Part shown: positions 38,808 through 41,905 of the stretch, in pieces
Layout: each line of letters starts with the position of its first letter
Position numbering within the stretch: position 1 is the stretch's first letter
Source of the DNA: Bacteroidetes bacterium UBA6063
GTDB lineage: Bacteria > Bacteroidota > Bacteroidia > NS11-12g > UBA9320
DNA length: 41,905 bases
Assembly: GCA_002428905.1 (NCBI GenBank)
Contig: DIYD01000048.1
Location: 1 to 41,905, forward strand
Direction: 5' to 3'
The notes under the pieces: model-generated
What the model saw: the letters and a program-made list of their open reading frames with translations, nothing else
Told to the model about the DNA's origin: nothing
The model's database searches: none
Position numbers and translations under genes: made by a program

Positions 38808-41780
38808 TTAATACTTAATGAATTTGACCGCACCTAAACCTTCAATTTTTACAACATAGGTGCCTGACTCATACCCTGTTATATCCAGTGTAAGCCTCGA
38901 GTTATTTGATGTTTTCTGATATAGCTCTTTGCCCAGTATATCATAAACACCGATGATAAATTCCTGATCATGATCGTTCGGCCAGGTAAGCGTTACGCGC
39001 TGATTTGCCGGGTTTGGATAGAGAATGATTTTAGCCATTTCTTCGTCCGTTTCGGGTATAGTTGGCGCAATTACATTCGGGTCTTCGAAGTAAAACACTT
39101 CCGAACCATAGTCGGGATGTGTAGCGCTGAAATATAAGCGATTGCCAATAACGGTGAGCGCATATGGTCGGGAATCCGTTGGGCCTTTCATAATATCCGT
39201 CACCAATTTGGCTTTGCCACTAAACGAAGGGTGAAACTTCCATACTTCTCTACCGTAGTCTGCATGGCCAGCAACAAAGTACAACGTGTCATTCAGAACA
39301 ACCATAGAATTCGGCTTAGATTGATAACTTCCTGCATTCACATCTGCTGCCATAAAGGTACCATCGGTCGTACCATCCGTTCTCCACAATTCTGTGCCAT
39401 GACTGCCATTATTGGCGGTAAAATAGACCAGGCTGTCTACCACTATGCCGTTCATTGGATTTGAAGAACCAAGGCCTTCATAAATGTCCATCAGCAGCTG
39501 AGTTCCGTCTTCAGTGCCATCCGATATCCACAGTTCTCGTCCTTTATCATCCCCATAAGCCGCAAAGATTAGATTAGGACCAATGCGTCCTAAAATCTGT
39601 GGCGTACTATTGGCAAACCCAGGATTAATGTCTTTTACCATTCGAGTTCCCTCTTTGGTACCGTCACTCCGCCATAATTCAGAGCCCTCCTTATTGTTGT
39701 TTGCGGTAAAGTAGAGTACATGGCCGTCCACACCCGCCTGGTACAGAAAATTTGACCCGTTGCATGTACCCGGGCAAATATCTTTGAGCATTTTGCTCCC
39801 GGCTTCAGTGCCGTCACTAACGTATAGCTCCGAACCATTTTCGGCTGTTGAAACCGTATAAAAGATCTGATGATCGGCACCGACCAGTGACGTAATATTT
39901 GAGCGCGCAGACTCTCCCCAGAGGCTTTTGATCTGTCGTGTTGTTTCTACGGTTCCCTTCGTGCGATACAATTCCGAATGACCCCAAAAATCATTATGGA
40001 TACTGAAGTACAACACATTGTCCATAATGGTAAAAAATGTAGGTGCGGAATGATTTGACCCCTTTATTATGTCTTTGAAGAGATAGGTATTTTCGGAAGC
40101 ACCTTCTGTGTACCATAATTCCGCACCATGTTTTGCCGTGGATCCCATAAAATAAATCCCTTTTTTATAGGCAATTAAACTTCCCATACCCGTAGAAGGT
40201 ATACTATCTGTATCTACACTACTTATCAATGGCCCTGTATTCTCTGCGGTTCCGTCACTTCCATACATGGTGACTTTATTCCCATTCGAGGCGGTAAAAA
40301 CAAGCTTGTCGCCAAAACCGGTATATCCTGCTGGTTGTGAATCTTGAGTTCGGGCATTTATGTTCTTCAACATATAGGTGCCTGTTTCCGTTCCGTTTGA
40401 AGTCCACGGCTCCAATCCATGTAGACCATCCGTAGCCGTAAAAAACAAACGATTATTAATCACAAAGAAATATCTTGGACTGCCTGAACCCTCTTCGCTT
40501 AGATTCTTGAGCAGTTTGGTTCCATCTGGTGTACCGTCGGAGACATAAAGCTCCCTATCCCCAAATAGATCAAAGGCCGTAAAATATAACTTTCCATTTA
40601 ACGCTTGTCCCATATCGGTGACCCTTGTATTCGAGCCAGAAACTTCAGTAAAACCGGTAACCTGTTTTGTCCCGGCCACGGTTCCGTCTGTCTTCCATAT
40701 CTCTATGCCCACTTGCCCATTGGTTCCTAAGAAATACAATTGATCTTCCAGTACTTTGATTGGGGTGCGTGTCACACCTTCGGCTCGTCCTGGATTTAGA
40801 TCCACAAGCATTTTTGACCCCGATGCGGTTCCATCGCTTTGCCAGAGTTCGAGTCCGTGCTCCGTAGTGCCATGTATGAAGTGCAGGAGTCCGTTGAGCA
40901 TATGTAACTGCATCGGACCTGTATAGGTACTTTTACTCACCGCGAAGACCTTTTGCGTACCACTGAACGTCCCGTCTGATTTCCATAATTCCTGATGTCT
41001 AATAGAACCGTCTCGTGCCGTAAAGTACACGCCATCATCAAACGGTGTTATATCGAATACATAGGAGCTTTCATTGCCTGGAGCAATTCGACGTACGTTC
41101 TTTGTGCCTTTTCGTGTTCCATCACTCACCCAAAGCTCGTAATTATTTGCTACACCTGTTACAGCAGCTCTAAAGAACAACTTTCCATTAGATTCAGTGA
41201 GGTTTTCCGGGGAGAGATTCCCAGGTCCTGAAATCACATCCATTACTTCTGTTCCGGCTACTGTTCCATCGGTCTGCCAGAGTTCTCTCCCGTGTAACTC
41301 ATCTGTTGCCGAGAAGAAGAGTTTATCATTATAAATGTAAAAATCGCCTGGTCTTGAAGCCAATATTCCAGGATAAATATCCATAAATAATCCTGTGCCC
41401 CTGGTGGTTCCGTCAGATTTCCAAAGTTCACGACCATAATCGGGGTGAGACAAGGAGAAATATAAATTGTTCTTATACAGGATTACGGAATTGGCACTGG
41501 AACTTAGATAGGTATTGTGACCAAAGGAATAAACTCGACTGGTTCCTTCCTGCGTTCCATCTGTCCGCCAAAGTTCTAAATGCGCATAGTCTGTAGATGC
41601 GAAAAAGTAGGTAAACCCTTGAAAAGAAATGTAATTCTGGGGATTTGAGTAGTGTCTGTCGCTTTGCTTTGGTGTAAGATCTGCAAGCAGATGTACCTCC
41701 TGTGCCTTGCTACTGACATGAAACAGAACGACAAAAAGTAAGGCGAGTATTCTCAAATTAGGGCATACATTCAACAACAT
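38808..41780 (-). CDS. ELWxxDGT-repeat protein with a T9SS CTD (tandem paralog 2)
   Basis: 990 aa, collinear with paralog 1 (FWGHxELYRTKGT, KSLWGE, KDxCPGTC), LYPNPAN CTD. Confidence 0.92.
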   Translation of the reverse strand: MLLNVCPNLRILALLFVVLFHVSSKAQEVHLLADLTPKQSDRHYSNPQNYISFQGFTYFFASTDYAHLELWRTDGTQEGTSRVYSFGHNTYLSSSANSVILYKNNLYFSLSHPDYGRELWKSDGTTRGTGLFMDIYPGILASRPGDFYIYNDKLFFSATDELHGRELWQTDGTVAGTEVMDVISGPGNLSPENLTESNGKLFFRAAVTGVANNYELWVSDGTRKGTKNVRRIAPGNESSYVFDITPFDDGVYFTARDGSIRHQELWKSDGTFSGTQKVFAVSKSTYTGPMQLHMLNGLLHFIHGTTEHGLELWQSDGTASGSKMLVDLNPGRAEGVTRTPIKVLEDQLYFLGTNGQVGIEIWKTDGTVAGTKQVTGFTEVSGSNTRVTDMGQALNGKLYFTAFDLFGDRELYVSDGTPDGTKLLKNLSEEGSGSPRYFFVINNRLFFTATDGLHGLEPWTSNGTETGTYMLKNINARTQDSQPAGYTGFGDKLVFTASNGNKVTMYGSDGTAENTGPLISSVDTDSIPSTGMGSLIAYKKGIYFMGSTAKHGAELWYTEGASENTYLFKDIIKGSNHSAPTFFTIMDNVLYFSIHNDFWGHSELYRTKGTVETTRQIKSLWGESARSNITSLVGADHQIFYTVSTAENGSELYVSDGTEAGSKMLKDICPGTCNGSNFLYQAGVDGHVLYFTANNNKEGSELWRSDGTKEGTRMVKDINPGFANSTPQILGRIGPNLIFAAYGDDKGRELWISDGTEDGTQLLMDIYEGLGSSNPMNGIVVDSLVYFTANNGSHGTELWRTDGTTDGTFMAADVNAGSYQSKPNSMVVLNDTLYFVAGHADYGREVWKFHPSFSGKAKLVTDIMKGPTDSRPYALTVIGNRLYFSATHPDYGSEVFYFEDPNVIAPTIPETDEEMAKIILYPNPANQRVTLTWPNDHDQEFIIGVYDILGKELYQKTSNNSRLTLDITGYESGTYVVKIEGLGAVKFIKY

Positions 41781-41865
41781 GACTACTGGTTCTGATTTCC
41801 TGCTGAATATACATCAAAATCGGTTTATCTCACGCATCCGGTGTAGTTTAGGGACGCATTACTAT

Positions 41866-41900
41866 AAAAAAAACCTCCCTGAATTGCTTCAAAGAGGTTT
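41866..41900 (-). terminator. Rho-independent terminator of an upstream minus-strand gene outside the window
   Basis: Minus strand AAACCTCTTTGAA-GCAA-TTCAGGGAGGTTT followed by a U-tract. The two G-U pairs form only on the minus strand. Confidence 0.8.
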
Positions 41901-41905
41901 AGAGG

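Noticed and set aside
38775-38810. Inverted repeat TAAATCAC..GTGATTTA at the end of paralog 2
   Set aside because: AT-rich stem with a long, poorly paired interior and no U-tract, so I did not call it a terminator.
35638-41780. Diversity-generating retroelement or recent gene conversion between the ELWxxDGT paralogs
   Set aside because: No reverse transcriptase is present, and the segments I compared differ at all base types rather than only at adenines.
1-41905. Mobile element, prophage, CRISPR, tRNA or rRNA
   Set aside because: I saw no integrase, transposase or phage genes, spacer arrays or RNA-gene signatures, and the MoxR operon has no visible flanking att-like repeats.

Overview
A Bacteroidota chromosomal window, judged from the many T9SS cargo proteins and TAnnTTTG -7 promoters. 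It holds about 24 CDSs; I saw no rRNA, tRNA, CRISPR array or mobile element. From left to right: (1) a secreted beta-helix/Ig repeat protein of more than 1128 aa that runs off the left edge and is absent from the ORF track; (2) a tightly coupled 5-gene MoxR AAA+ / vWA / TPR operon resembling the computationally defined, experimentally uncharacterised MoxR-vWA-beta-propeller (bpX) ternary conflict systems, which is the best candidate for an unexplored system; (3) a LytS/LytTR pair with a downstream lipoprotein; (4) an Ig-plus-cytochrome c lipoprotein, two T9SS proteins and NDH-2; (5) a membrane-anchored OmpR-type one-component regulator between a TonB-domain gene and an outer-membrane barrel gene, both preceded by ~10-bp-periodic boxes; (6) Crp/DinB with an FNR-type box; (7) a GlcNAc kinase-like gene, NrtR and a PNGase F-like lipoprotein; (8) a membrane class III cyclase-TPR protein; (9) three ELWxxDGT-repeat T9SS proteins, an LTD-EEP nuclease/phosphatase and a sugar porter. 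All family calls come from motif recognition by eye, not from database searches.
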